Assembly (NCBI GenBank): GCA_045863235.1
Contig: BTUM01000010.1
Coordinates: forward strand, 32,001 to 96,000
Reading direction: 5' to 3'
DNA: 64,000 nucleotides
DNA from: Candidatus Xenobia bacterium
Lineage (GTDB): Bacteria; Vulcanimicrobiota; Xenobia; Xenobiales; QWHO01
A model generated the notes under the pieces. It worked only from the letters and a program-made list of their open reading frames with translations, searched no databases and was not told where the DNA came from. The position numbers were made by a program, and so were the translations under genes. This document shows positions 1 to 9,327 of this stretch, piece by piece (within the stretch, counting starts at the first letter, position 1; every line of letters starts with the position of its first letter).

Positions 1-453
1 AATCGTCCTTGAGGTCAAGCGCCATGTCATGATGCTGATGGAGCCGTGATGACCCCAGAAGAGCGGCATGAGGCGGAATTTTGAGCTGTTCGCCCTTATC
101 CGGACGACGTTGGGGAAAAGCCCGACCAGTGCGCATCGGATTTCCTCGGACCTTCACGCTCGACCAGGCCGAGCAGAACCAGCTCATTGCCCTGGGCGGC
201 CCTTGCAGGAGGCTGCGAATCGCCAGCGAGCGCTCGAGACCCTGACCCTGGTCCAGCTGACGCAACAGGGGTTATGGGGTTGGGGATAAGGTCATCTGCC
301 TTGTGCAGGCTCCAGAGGGCATGGGCTACCCAGTAGTCCTTCTCGACCAGACCCTCCAGTACCCCCTGCTTTGATTTTCCGGCGCCTCCCCTGTCGAAGC
401 GACCAGTGCCTGAGTATGGCGTTCTCAGGCGATTCTCAAGAGCACTTGAGCCA

Positions 454-482
454 TTGACAAAGTGTTTATGTTACACTATAAA
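454..482 (+). promoter_or_regulatory. sigma70-type promoter of the radical SAM operon with a palindromic operator in the spacer
   Basis: TTGACA (454-459), 17-nt spacer, TATAAA (477-482); inverted repeat AGTGT-N7-ACACT at 461-477; second inverted repeat CTCAAG-N4-CTTGAG at 435-450. Confidence 0.75.
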
Positions 483-521
483 GAAAATAGATACTTTTCC
501 GGGAAAGCGAGGGCGTCCGAG

Positions 522-1967
522 GTGAATCGAGCCTGGAGCCTGCCCAACGCGGCCGATGCCGCCCACTACCCGCCTCAGGCCTGTTTCGAGGCCGGCGAGC
601 GCAACCATCACATCGCCAACACCGCCTACCCCATCGCCCACCAGCTGACCTGGAAGCCCTATCGGGTCGGCACCGAGCGCTACCAGTCCCTGGTGGCGCA
701 GGCCTTCGAGGGCCTCGATCCCCTGCTGCTCTACGTCCACATTCCGTTCTGCGAAGTGCGCTGCGCCTACTGCGAGTACACCGTGGTCGGCCAGGACGAG
801 CTGCACGGCACCGAGCAGTATTTGCGGCGCCTGCACCGCGAGCTCGAGCTCTATGCAGGTCTTCTCGGCTCGCGTCGGCTGGCGGGCTTTGACATCGGTG
901 GCGGCACGCCGTCCTTTCTGGAGGGAGAGCAGATCGAGGCGTTGATGGAGAAAGTACGCCAGCACTTCGAGCTGCCCCCCGACGTGGTGGTCAGCATCGA
1001 GACCACGCCCCGCATCGCCGCACTGCAGCCGAACAGGCTGGCCAGGTTCCAACAGGCCGGGATCGGTCGCATCAGCATGGGCATCCAGGTCATCCAGCCC
1101 GATCTCCTCAAGGTGCTCGAGCGAGACGGCAACGGGGTGGAGCATCACTTCCGAGCCGTGGAGCACATCCGCGCGGCCGGCTTCACCGACTTCAACGTCG
1201 ACCTGATGTATGGATTTGCGCGCCAATCATTGGAAAGCTGGCGGGCCACCCTCGAGCACGCCCTGAGGCTCGCTCCCGAGGCCATCACGCTCTATCGCAT
1301 GCGCTACAAGCTCACCCGCATCTCCGAGCAGGCCTCGCAGGTGGCGCTCGAGGGGGTGCGCGCACAGGCCGAGCTGGCCAAGAAGATCCTGGCCGACCAC
1401 GGCTATCTGGCCAACCCGGGCAAGAACACCTACAGCCGCATTCCAGGCCATCCGGGCACCAGCGACTACATCACCCGCCGGGTCGTGGAGGGAATGCCCT
1501 ATCTCGGCCTGGGCCTGGGGGCCCAGAGCTTCACCCACACCACCGTCAGCTACAACGACGGCGCCGCCGGCAAGAACCTCAAGCCCTACCTGCGCTCGGT
1601 GGACGCCGGCGAACTGCCCCTGCAAGACCTCTATGACCTGCCGCGCGAGCACATGATGGCCAAGATGATCTGCGTGAGCTTCTACTTTGGCGAGGTGGAC
1701 CGGCCCGCCTTCCGGGCCAAGTTCGGACAGGACATCGACCAGGCCTACCCCGAGGAGGTGGCCTTCGCCCTCGAGCGAGGCTTCATGAGCCTGACAGGCG
1801 ACAAGCTCTCCATGACCGAGCTGGGAGCCCGCCACTTCAACGGCCTGGTAGCGCTGTTCCACGCTCCCTCGGTGAAACGCTACCTGCTCGAGCGCGACCC
1901 CGAGCAGGCCGAGGATATGCACCGCCACCGCAAGCTGGCCCTGGCCGTGGCCCGGAGGGCCTCATGA
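522..1967 (+). CDS. HemN/HemW-like (coproporphyrinogen III oxidase family) radical SAM protein
   Basis: YVHIPFCEVRCAYC (CxxxCxxC), GGGTPS, RISMGIQ, NVDLMYG, YLGLGLGA motifs; start moved to GTG 522 (GAGGG upstream; the track's start at 462 lies inside the promoter). Confidence 0.85.
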   Translation: MNRAWSLPNAADAAHYPPQACFEAGERNHHIANTAYPIAHQLTWKPYRVGTERYQSLVAQAFEGLDPLLLYVHIPFCEVRCAYCEYTVVGQDELHGTEQYLRRLHRELELYAGLLGSRRLAGFDIGGGTPSFLEGEQIEALMEKVRQHFELPPDVVVSIETTPRIAALQPNRLARFQQAGIGRISMGIQVIQPDLLKVLERDGNGVEHHFRAVEHIRAAGFTDFNVDLMYGFARQSLESWRATLEHALRLAPEAITLYRMRYKLTRISEQASQVALEGVRAQAELAKKILADHGYLANPGKNTYSRIPGHPGTSDYITRRVVEGMPYLGLGLGAQSFTHTTVSYNDGAAGKNLKPYLRSVDAGELPLQDLYDLPREHMMAKMICVSFYFGEVDRPAFRAKFGQDIDQAYPEEVAFALERGFMSLTGDKLSMTELGARHFNGLVALFHAPSVKRYLLERDPEQAEDMHRHRKLALAVARRAS

Positions 1968-2719
1968 CCGACTTTGCCAACATCCTGTTCGGGGGCCCCT
2001 GCAACCGGCGTTGCCCCTTCTGCATCGGCCAGCAGCTGCCATGGGCGGTGCGCCAGGACAACCTCGACCGGTTCCCGCCCACCAACCTGGGCTCCCTGAT
2101 CGAGGCCGTCAACCGGCTCGGCGTGCGCCAGATCGTCTTCACCGGCACCACCACCGACCCCCAGCTCTACCGTCACGAGAGTCGCCTGCTCGAGCTGCTG
2201 CGCCGTGAGGTGGTCACCGGGGCCAGCTACTCGCTCCACTCCAACGGCGCCCTGGCGCTGAAAAAGATGGAGGTCTTCAACCAGTATGACAAGGCCTGCC
2301 TGTCGCTGCCTTCGTTCAATCGGGATACCTACCAGCGCATGATGGGGGCCAACACGAAGGTGCCCGACCTGGCGAAGATCCTCGAGCGGTCGACCATTCC
2401 GGTGAAGATCTCCTGCATCATCAACGAGCACAACGCCCACGAGCTGGAGAGCTTTCTGGCTCAGTGCCAGCGCCTGGGGGTCGAGCGGGTCGTCCTCAGG
2501 CGCCTGCTGGGCGAGACCCGACTGTGGCAGGTCCCGCGCTTGCGCCCGGTTCGATTCTACCGGGGAAACCCGGTCTACGATCTGAAGGGAATGGAGGTCA
2601 CTTGCTGGAGCTTCGAGGAGACCAGCTCCACCAGCCTGAACCTGTTCCCCGACGGTACTCTGACCGACGACTACCTCCTCACCCGAGTCGGGGAAACTCT
2701 CGTGAGGGCCGCCGGTTAG
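1964..2719 (+). CDS. small radical SAM protein
   Basis: GPCNRRCPFC motif near the N-terminus, FTG..DP and HSNG core strands; ATGA overlap with the upstream gene. Confidence 0.85.
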   Translation: MTDFANILFGGPCNRRCPFCIGQQLPWAVRQDNLDRFPPTNLGSLIEAVNRLGVRQIVFTGTTTDPQLYRHESRLLELLRREVVTGASYSLHSNGALALKKMEVFNQYDKACLSLPSFNRDTYQRMMGANTKVPDLAKILERSTIPVKISCIINEHNAHELESFLAQCQRLGVERVVLRRLLGETRLWQVPRLRPVRFYRGNPVYDLKGMEVTCWSFEETSSTSLNLFPDGTLTDDYLLTRVGETLVRAAG

Positions 2720-2743
2720 ACTCCGGACAAGGGGAGGTGCTCG

Positions 2744-3133
2744 ATGCGAATCGTCTGGATGGCCCTGCTGGGCCTGCTCTTGCTCGCGCCCGGGATGGCG
2801 CAGAAGAAATCTCCGCCCAGCGTGGGGATGAAGCTCGTCAAGCTGGACAAAACCACCACCGCCAATCCCAACGAGAGCCTCTACGAGCTCTCCCTCGAGC
2901 TCACCAACACCGGCCCAGAGCTGGTGCGCTTCAACAACAACGAAGTGTTGCTGGTGGACGATCAGGACAAGTACCACCGGGTGGTCCGCCTGCGCAACCG
3001 TCAGGTGATGATCCTCAAGCCCGGCGAATCGGTCGTGGCCGACCGCATGTTCTACCAGCTGCCCAACGGTGTCAAGCCCAAACGTGCCGTGCTGCGGGTG
3101 GGGAACAAGATTCTGGGGGAGACCGCCCTCTAG
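2744..3133 (+). CDS. secreted hypothetical protein (DUF4352-like beta-sandwich possible)
   Basis: GGAGG RBS, signal peptide MRIVWMALLGLLLLAPGMA, LELTNTG...LKPGES pattern. Confidence 0.65.
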   Translation: MRIVWMALLGLLLLAPGMAQKKSPPSVGMKLVKLDKTTTANPNESLYELSLELTNTGPELVRFNNNEVLLVDDQDKYHRVVRLRNRQVMILKPGESVVADRMFYQLPNGVKPKRAVLRVGNKILGETAL

Positions 3134-3162
3134 AAGTCCGGCCTCAATACGGAAGCACTGCC

Positions 3163-5391
3163 TCAGGCGACAGATTCACCGCGCGCGGGGGCGTCCGGTT
3201 GCAGGCGCAGCACCACGCCGTGGGAGCCGTCCACCTCCAGTTCGTCGCCGTCGCGCACGGCGGCCATCAGGCCGTGCACTCCCAGCACCGCTGGAATGCC
3301 CACCTCGCGGGCCACCACCGCCCCGTGCGAGAGCACGCCGCCCACCTCCACCACCACCGCCGACGCCAGCGAGAACAGGGGGGTCCAGCAGGGGTCGGTG
3401 GTGGTGGTCACCAGCACCTCGCCTGGCTGCAGGCGCTCGGCCTCTTGCAGTGAGAGCAGGACCCGGGCCTTCCCTCGGGCCAGGCCAGGGCTTCCCGCGA
3501 TGCCCTGCAGAACCGTCCCGGTGGGCGGCTGGGGGAAGTAGAGCCGCAGACCGCCCGGGCCCTGCACCCGGTGAAGCGGGCAGGGACGGGCCTGCGCGCG
3601 CCGGTGCAAGACCTTGCGTCGCTCGACCAGCCCGGGCTCGGGCTGTTTTCCATCGATCAGCGCCTCCACCTCGGCCGGATAGAGGTAGGTCAGCTCCACC
3701 CCCAGCCGCCGCTCCAGCTCGTGCAGGTAAGCGCGTCCCACGGCCAGGCGCCGATGGATCAGGAACTTGGTGTTCTCGCGATGAGGCGCGGCTGCCCGGG
3801 CCAGGGCCAGGACCACCCGCAAGTGGAGCTGGCGCCACCAGGGCTGGCCTCGCAGCAGCTCGTCCTCGGCCTGGCGGCGCTGCTCGGACAGCCTGGCCAG
3901 GTAGGCCTCGCGGCCGTGTACTTCTCCCGCCTCGCGCAGCCGCGCCACCATGGCCAGCACCGGAGCCGGGTCGTCGCGCCAGGTGGGCTCATTGAGGTCC
4001 AGCGAGCCCGGGCCAAGATGGCCGTATTCTTCGAGGTAGCTCTCGAGCGAGGCAGGGGGGTCGCTGGCCAGGTCCCGCAAAGCGGCCGCGGCCGAGGCGA
4101 AGCGGAAAGTGCCCAGCCCCTGCAGCAGCCGGGAGGCCCGCTCGCGCGAGCCGGCCAGCTCTTCGAGCCGGGCCAGGGCCGCGAAGGCCGCGGCCGAGCC
4201 CAGGACGTGAAGGTGAAAGGCGGCTCGCAGGTCGAGCCCACGCTGAATGGCCTGCCAGAGCTCGCGCGAGGTCATCTGCTCGAAGGAGTCAGGTATCCGC
4301 CAGCGCTCTCGCTCGAAGGCACGATAGCGGGAGGGAAAGGTCGCCAGGCCCCAGAGCAACCTGGCCAGGTTGGGCAGCATCCCCGGGCTGAATCGAAGCC
4401 GGGGCGACTCGCGGTGCTCGCCCACCAGGATGCCCTCGACCAGCACGCGAGGGTTCTCGATGGGAAGCTGGGCCACGATGGCCTCCAGCGCGGTCACGTT
4501 GAGAAAGACGCGCCCCTGGAAGACGCCCATGGCCTGCTGATCGGGAGCGGGGCGGGCTCCCAGCAGGCCCAGCGAGGCCATGAAAGCCTCGTGGATCAGC
4601 TCCACCATCAGCACTTGCATGAGCGGGGTGAGCACATTGGGCAGGGCCTCGCGAGCGTTGACGCTGGTCCAGTGCGTCTCGTCCGGACCCACCGGCGGGC
4701 TCTCGCGGGGGCCCAGGAAATGCAGACTGGCATCCTCACCGGTGGCGGTAACCGGGCGCACCTGCAGCCAGACGACCTGGCTCCGCGCCTCGGCCCACTC
4801 GAAGTCGAGCGGAGCTCCCATCTCGAGTCGCTCCTGGAGGCACAGTGCCTCTCGCACCAGGGACAGCTCCGAGCCGGGCTCGTGCCACTCGCGCTGGCCG
4901 GCCACGGTGCCGCCCACCAGCCCCTCGGCCGTGCCCGGGCACCACTCCACCAGGATGCGATCGCGGCTACCGCTGACCGGGTCACAGGTGAAGAGCACTC
5001 CAGCCCGCTCGGCTGCTACCATGGGCTGGATCAGCACGCTCAGAGTCCCACCCGCCCCATAGCTCCGGGCGCGCTGGGAATCAGCGCTGGCCCGGCAGGC
5101 CCGGATGGCCCGGGGCAGATCGGCCTGCTCCACCCTGAGCAGGCTCTCGAACTGGCCGGCGTAAGAACGTTGCGGACCATCCTCGGCGGCGGCACTCGAG
5201 CGCACCGCATACGGGCCCGGGCCCAGCAGCTCGGCCACCCGGGCGGCCAGCGCCTCAGGCTCGTCCTGGGGAGGGAGACAGACGGTGGGAGGGATGCTCG
5301 CTCCGGCTCGGAGCAGCATCCACAGGCCCCGGCCCTTGCCGCCCAACTCCAGGCGCTGGGAGTCACTCAGATCTCGCGCCAGAAGAAACAT
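3163..5391 (-). CDS. PEP/pyruvate-binding (ATP-grasp) + central + phospho-His swivel domain protein, rifampin-phosphotransferase-like architecture
   Basis: LGGKG, AVRSSAAAEDG..SYAGQFES, AGVLFT.DP, LQVRPVT at the N-terminus; GEVLVT..TDP.WTPLF and LSHGAVVARE.GIPAV at the C-terminus; start ATG 5391 (MFLLARD). Confidence 0.85.
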   Translation of the reverse strand: MFLLARDLSDSQRLELGGKGRGLWMLLRAGASIPPTVCLPPQDEPEALAARVAELLGPGPYAVRSSAAAEDGPQRSYAGQFESLLRVEQADLPRAIRACRASADSQRARSYGAGGTLSVLIQPMVAAERAGVLFTCDPVSGSRDRILVEWCPGTAEGLVGGTVAGQREWHEPGSELSLVREALCLQERLEMGAPLDFEWAEARSQVVWLQVRPVTATGEDASLHFLGPRESPPVGPDETHWTSVNAREALPNVLTPLMQVLMVELIHEAFMASLGLLGARPAPDQQAMGVFQGRVFLNVTALEAIVAQLPIENPRVLVEGILVGEHRESPRLRFSPGMLPNLARLLWGLATFPSRYRAFERERWRIPDSFEQMTSRELWQAIQRGLDLRAAFHLHVLGSAAAFAALARLEELAGSRERASRLLQGLGTFRFASAAAALRDLASDPPASLESYLEEYGHLGPGSLDLNEPTWRDDPAPVLAMVARLREAGEVHGREAYLARLSEQRRQAEDELLRGQPWWRQLHLRVVLALARAAAPHRENTKFLIHRRLAVGRAYLHELERRLGVELTYLYPAEVEALIDGKQPEPGLVERRKVLHRRAQARPCPLHRVQGPGGLRLYFPQPPTGTVLQGIAGSPGLARGKARVLLSLQEAERLQPGEVLVTTTTDPCWTPLFSLASAVVVEVGGVLSHGAVVAREVGIPAVLGVHGLMAAVRDGDELEVDGSHGVVLRLQPDAPARGESVA

Positions 5392-5722
5392 CCCTCGGCC
5401 TTCGGGGCCCCCTCCTCGGAACCTGGAACTCGGCACTGGTGGGCGGAGTCCCCCACAGAAGCTGGTGCTGTTCAATCTCTTCCGCGACGGAACCGAGCTG
5501 GAGGTGGCCTTGCCGCGCGCCGAGCTGTCGGACATCGCTGAGCCGAACGGGCCGCTCGGGCCATAAAGCGCCGGGCCGCACCCCGGCGAGCCTCTTTGCA
5601 GTGACCTGGCCAGCGAACTCCATTGGGAGCGATCAGGCCTACCGTGGCGGGCGAGGGGCGCAGCCTGGCGGATGCCCGAACCAGCGAAGGCACCCGGCCA
5701 GGTGCCGGCGAAGCGCGCGTGC

Positions 5723-6475
5723 ATGAGTGGAGCAGTGTTCATCACCGGCGCCTCGGCCGGAATCGGGGCCGCCTGCGCGCGAGCCTTCGCCCGCGAAGGG
5801 CGCGAACTCATCCTGGCGGCCCGGCGGCTCGACCGGCTCGAGCAGCTCAAAAATGAACTGGGCAGCAAGGTCAGAGTGGACGTGTTCGGACTCGACGTCA
5901 CCGACCGCCAGGCGGTCATCGACCTGGTCCAAAACCAGGCCGAAGTCTTCGAGCGCACGGAGGTTCTGCTCAACAACGCCGGCATGGCGCTCGGGCGCGA
6001 GCCGCTGCACGCGGGCAACCCGGAGGATTGGGACCGCATGCTCGACCTGAACGTGAAGGGCTTCCTCTATGTGTTGCACGCCGTGCTGCCCATCCTGATT
6101 CGGCGGGGCACCGGGCACGTCGTCAATCTCAGCTCGGCGGCCGGGCACTACATGTATCCCAACGGCAACGTCTACGCCGCCAGCAAGTTCGCCGTCAAGG
6201 GGCTGACCGAAGGGCTGCGGATGGACCTGCACGGCAAGAGCATCCGGGTGACCAGCATCTCACCGGGTATGGTCGAGACCGAGTTCAGCGTGGTGCGCTT
6301 TGGCGACGAGGAGAAAGCCAGAGCCATCTACCAGGGTTTCACCCCGCTCGATCCCGAGGACGTGGCTGACGCCGTCCTGTGGGCCGTGACCCGGCCTCCC
6401 CACGTCAACATTGCTGACATCCTGATGTTCCCCACCGCCCAGTCGCGCATCGACGCCGTCCACCGGGGCCCCTAG
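5723..6475 (+). CDS. SDR oxidoreductase, YdfG-like NADP-dependent 3-hydroxyacid dehydrogenase
   Basis: TGASAGIG, NNAG, YAASK, PGMVETEFS, RPPHVNI motifs. Confidence 0.9.
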   Translation: MSGAVFITGASAGIGAACARAFAREGRELILAARRLDRLEQLKNELGSKVRVDVFGLDVTDRQAVIDLVQNQAEVFERTEVLLNNAGMALGREPLHAGNPEDWDRMLDLNVKGFLYVLHAVLPILIRRGTGHVVNLSSAAGHYMYPNGNVYAASKFAVKGLTEGLRMDLHGKSIRVTSISPGMVETEFSVVRFGDEEKARAIYQGFTPLDPEDVADAVLWAVTRPPHVNIADILMFPTAQSRIDAVHRGP

Positions 6476-6555
6476 CAAGCAAACCGCAAGACCTCTTGTC
6501 ACGCCCTGCCCCGGGCGGCTGTAGGATTTCGCCCCCGGCGCGCGAACGCGCCCTG

Positions 6556-9285
6556 ATGTTTCGCCGTAGCTCCGTTCTGCTGTTTGTTTTCCTTCTGACT
6601 CTGGGCGTCCAGGCCCAGGCCCCTCCCAAGCTGCCGCCCGGCGTGCGCCAGGTCACCAGCGTCGAGGGCATCACCGAGTACCAGCTCCAGAACGGGCTCA
6701 AGGTCTTGCTCTTCCCCGACCCGTCCTCCTCGGACATCACCGTCAACATCACCTACCTGGTCGGCTCCAACCACGAGGGCTATGGCGAGAAGGGCATGGC
6801 CCACCTGCTCGAGCACCTGCTCTTCAAGGGCAGCAAGAACCACAAGAACATCCCTCAAGAGCTGACCGCCCACGGCGCCCGGCCCAACGGCACCACCTCC
6901 CAGGACCGCACCAATTACTTCGAGTCCTTCCGCGCCTCTGACGAGAACCTCAAGTGGGCTCTGGACCTGGAAGCAGACCGCATGGTCAACTCCTTCGTGG
7001 CCAAAAAGGACCTCGACTCGGAGATGACCGTGGTGCGCAACGAGTTCGAGTCGGGCGAGAACGACCCGTTCGGGGTGCTGCTCAACAAGACCATGTCCAC
7101 CGCCTTCCTGTGGCACGCCTACGGACAGACCACCATCGGCAACCGCTCCGACATTGAGAAGGTGCCCATCGAGCGGCTGCAGGCCTTCTACAAGCGCTAC
7201 TACCAGCCCGACAACGCCATGTTGATCGTGGCCGGCAAGATCGATCCCGCCCGCACCCTGGCGCTGGTCCAGGCTACTTTTGGCAAGATCCCCAAACCAA
7301 CGCGCAAGTTGATCAAGCCTTACACCATCGAGCCCACCCAGGACGGCGAGCGGGCCCTCATCTTGCGACGAGTGGGGGACATCCAGGCGGTGCTGGCCGC
7401 CTACCACGTGCCCCCCGGCAGCCACGAGGACTTCGCAGCCCTGGACGTGATGTGCGAGATCCTCTCCGATACCCCCTCGGGCCGCCTCTACAAGGCCCTG
7501 GTGGAGTCGGGCAAGGCCACGGCCGTCTTCGGAGGAGCCTTCCAACTGCGCGACCCGGGGCTGGCCCTGTTCGCCGCCCAGGTCCGTAAGGACGGCCCCC
7601 TGGCCGAGGTCAAGGACATCCTGATCCAGGTGGTTCAGGAGATGCCCGCCAGCGAGCCGACCGCCGAAGAGGTGGAGCGGGCCAAGCTGGGTCTGCTCAA
7701 AAGCGTCGAGCTGACGCTCAACTCCAGCGAGCGGCTGGCCCTGCAACTCTCCGAGTGGGAGGCCATGGGCGACTGGCGGCTCTTCTTCCTCTACCGAGAC
7801 CGCATCGAGAAAGTCACACCGGCCGACGTGCAGCGGGTGGCCAAAGCTTACCTCAAGACCTCCAACCGCACCGTGGGCGAGTTCATCCCCACCGATGCGC
7901 CCGAGCGGGCCTCCATTCCCGAGACCGGCGAGCCCTCCGCCCACGTGCGGGGCTACACCGGCCGGGCGGCGATAGCCCAGGGCGAGGCATTCGAGGCCTC
8001 CCCGGCCAACATCGACAAGCGCACCCGGGTCGTGCCCCTGGAAGGGGGCATCGAGATGGCCCTCCTGCCCAAGAAAACCCGCGGCGAGACGGTCTTCGTG
8101 AGCATGATCTTCCGCTTCGGCAGCCTGTCGGACCTGCAGCACCTCGACCACGTGGCCGCCTTCACGGGCAGCATGCTGATGCGAGGCACGAAGCAACGCA
8201 CCCGCGAGCAGATCCAGGATGAGCTCGACCGACTCAAGGCGCGCATGTCGATCGGGGGCGGCGCCACGTCGGCCACAGTCAGCATCGAGACCACCCGGGC
8301 TAACCTGCCCGCCGTGCTCAAGCTGGCCCGCGAGGTGCTGCGCGAGCCTTCTTTCCCCGAAGCCGAGTTCAAGGTCTTGATGGAGCAGAGCATCGCCGGT
8401 CTGGAGAGCCAGAAGAGCGAGCCCGAGACGCTCGCCAGCATCGCCTCCAGCCTGCACATGGACCCCTATCCGGTGGGCGATCCGCGCCACCCCGAGACGC
8501 TCGACGAGGCCATCGCCAACGAGAAGAAGGTCACCCTGGAGCAAGTGAAGGCCTTCCATCAGGGCTTTTACGGCGCCAGCAACGTCCAGATCGGGGTGGT
8601 GGGCGACTTCGACGAGGAAGCCACCCAGCGGCTGCTGACCGAGCTGTTCGCCGACTGGAAGAGCCCCAGGAAGTTCGAGCGCCTGGTCAACCAGTACTTC
8701 GACGTGAAGGTGGCCCACGAGAGCATCTACGTGCCGGACAAGGCCAACGTGACCATCCTGGGCAACCTCAACCTCAAGCTGCAGGACACCGACCCCGACT
8801 ACCCGGCCCTGGTGCTGGGCAACTTCCTGCTGGGGGGCGGGTTCCTCAACTCGCGCCTGGCCACCCGCATTCGCCAGAAGGAGGGCCTCAGCTACGGCGT
8901 GGGGTCTAGCCTCTCGGGCGGCAGCCTGGACCCGGTGGGCGAGTTCTCGTTCTACGCCATCTGTGCCCCCGAGAACGCCGACAAGGTCGAGAAAGCCTTC
9001 CGCGAGGAGCTGCAAAAGGTGCTCGACGTGGGCTACACCGCCGACGAGGTCAAGGCCGCGCTGGCCGGTTACCTGCAGATGCGCGAGGGCTCTCGGGCCA
9101 AGGACTCGAGCCTGACCGGCAAGCTGGCCTCCAACCTCTACCTCGACCGCACCATGGCCTGGGACCAGGCTTTCGAGGACAAGCTGCGCAAGCTGACTCC
9201 GGACGAGATTCGGGTGGCCATGAAAAAGCACATCGACCCCGCTCGCATCTCCATCTTCCGTTCCGGCACGCTGCCCCAGAAATGA
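6556..9285 (+). CDS. M16B zinc metallopeptidase (PqqL/pitrilysin family), secreted
   Basis: Signal peptide, GMAHLLEHLLFKGS (HxxEH), NGTT..DRTNY, C-terminal SRL..IRQKEGLSYG. Confidence 0.92.
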   Translation: MFRRSSVLLFVFLLTLGVQAQAPPKLPPGVRQVTSVEGITEYQLQNGLKVLLFPDPSSSDITVNITYLVGSNHEGYGEKGMAHLLEHLLFKGSKNHKNIPQELTAHGARPNGTTSQDRTNYFESFRASDENLKWALDLEADRMVNSFVAKKDLDSEMTVVRNEFESGENDPFGVLLNKTMSTAFLWHAYGQTTIGNRSDIEKVPIERLQAFYKRYYQPDNAMLIVAGKIDPARTLALVQATFGKIPKPTRKLIKPYTIEPTQDGERALILRRVGDIQAVLAAYHVPPGSHEDFAALDVMCEILSDTPSGRLYKALVESGKATAVFGGAFQLRDPGLALFAAQVRKDGPLAEVKDILIQVVQEMPASEPTAEEVERAKLGLLKSVELTLNSSERLALQLSEWEAMGDWRLFFLYRDRIEKVTPADVQRVAKAYLKTSNRTVGEFIPTDAPERASIPETGEPSAHVRGYTGRAAIAQGEAFEASPANIDKRTRVVPLEGGIEMALLPKKTRGETVFVSMIFRFGSLSDLQHLDHVAAFTGSMLMRGTKQRTREQIQDELDRLKARMSIGGGATSATVSIETTRANLPAVLKLAREVLREPSFPEAEFKVLMEQSIAGLESQKSEPETLASIASSLHMDPYPVGDPRHPETLDEAIANEKKVTLEQVKAFHQGFYGASNVQIGVVGDFDEEATQRLLTELFADWKSPRKFERLVNQYFDVKVAHESIYVPDKANVTILGNLNLKLQDTDPDYPALVLGNFLLGGGFLNSRLATRIRQKEGLSYGVGSSLSGGSLDPVGEFSFYAICAPENADKVEKAFREELQKVLDVGYTADEVKAALAGYLQMREGSRAKDSSLTGKLASNLYLDRTMAWDQAFEDKLRKLTPDEIRVAMKKHIDPARISIFRSGTLPQK

Positions 9286-9286
9286 C

Positions 9287-9314
9287 AAAAGCCCGGCCTT
9301 CCGCCGGGCTTCTT
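9287..9314. terminator. intrinsic (probably bidirectional) terminator
   Basis: AAGCCCGGC-cttcc-GCCGGGCTT hairpin flanked by A and T tracts, between convergent genes. Confidence 0.7.
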
Positions 9315-9327
9315 CAAGTTGACGGCT

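Noticed and set aside
522..1967. Assigning the gene symbol hemN or hemW
   Set aside because: Only family-level motifs; atypical termini and no heme context.
6499..9288. 929-aa minus-strand ORF mirroring the M16 protease (likewise 3571-5541, 13100-14572, 54019-56046, 60535-61686 and others)
   Set aside because: Antisense shadow frames typical of high-GC coding DNA; no motifs, and the opposite strand encodes a recognisable protein.
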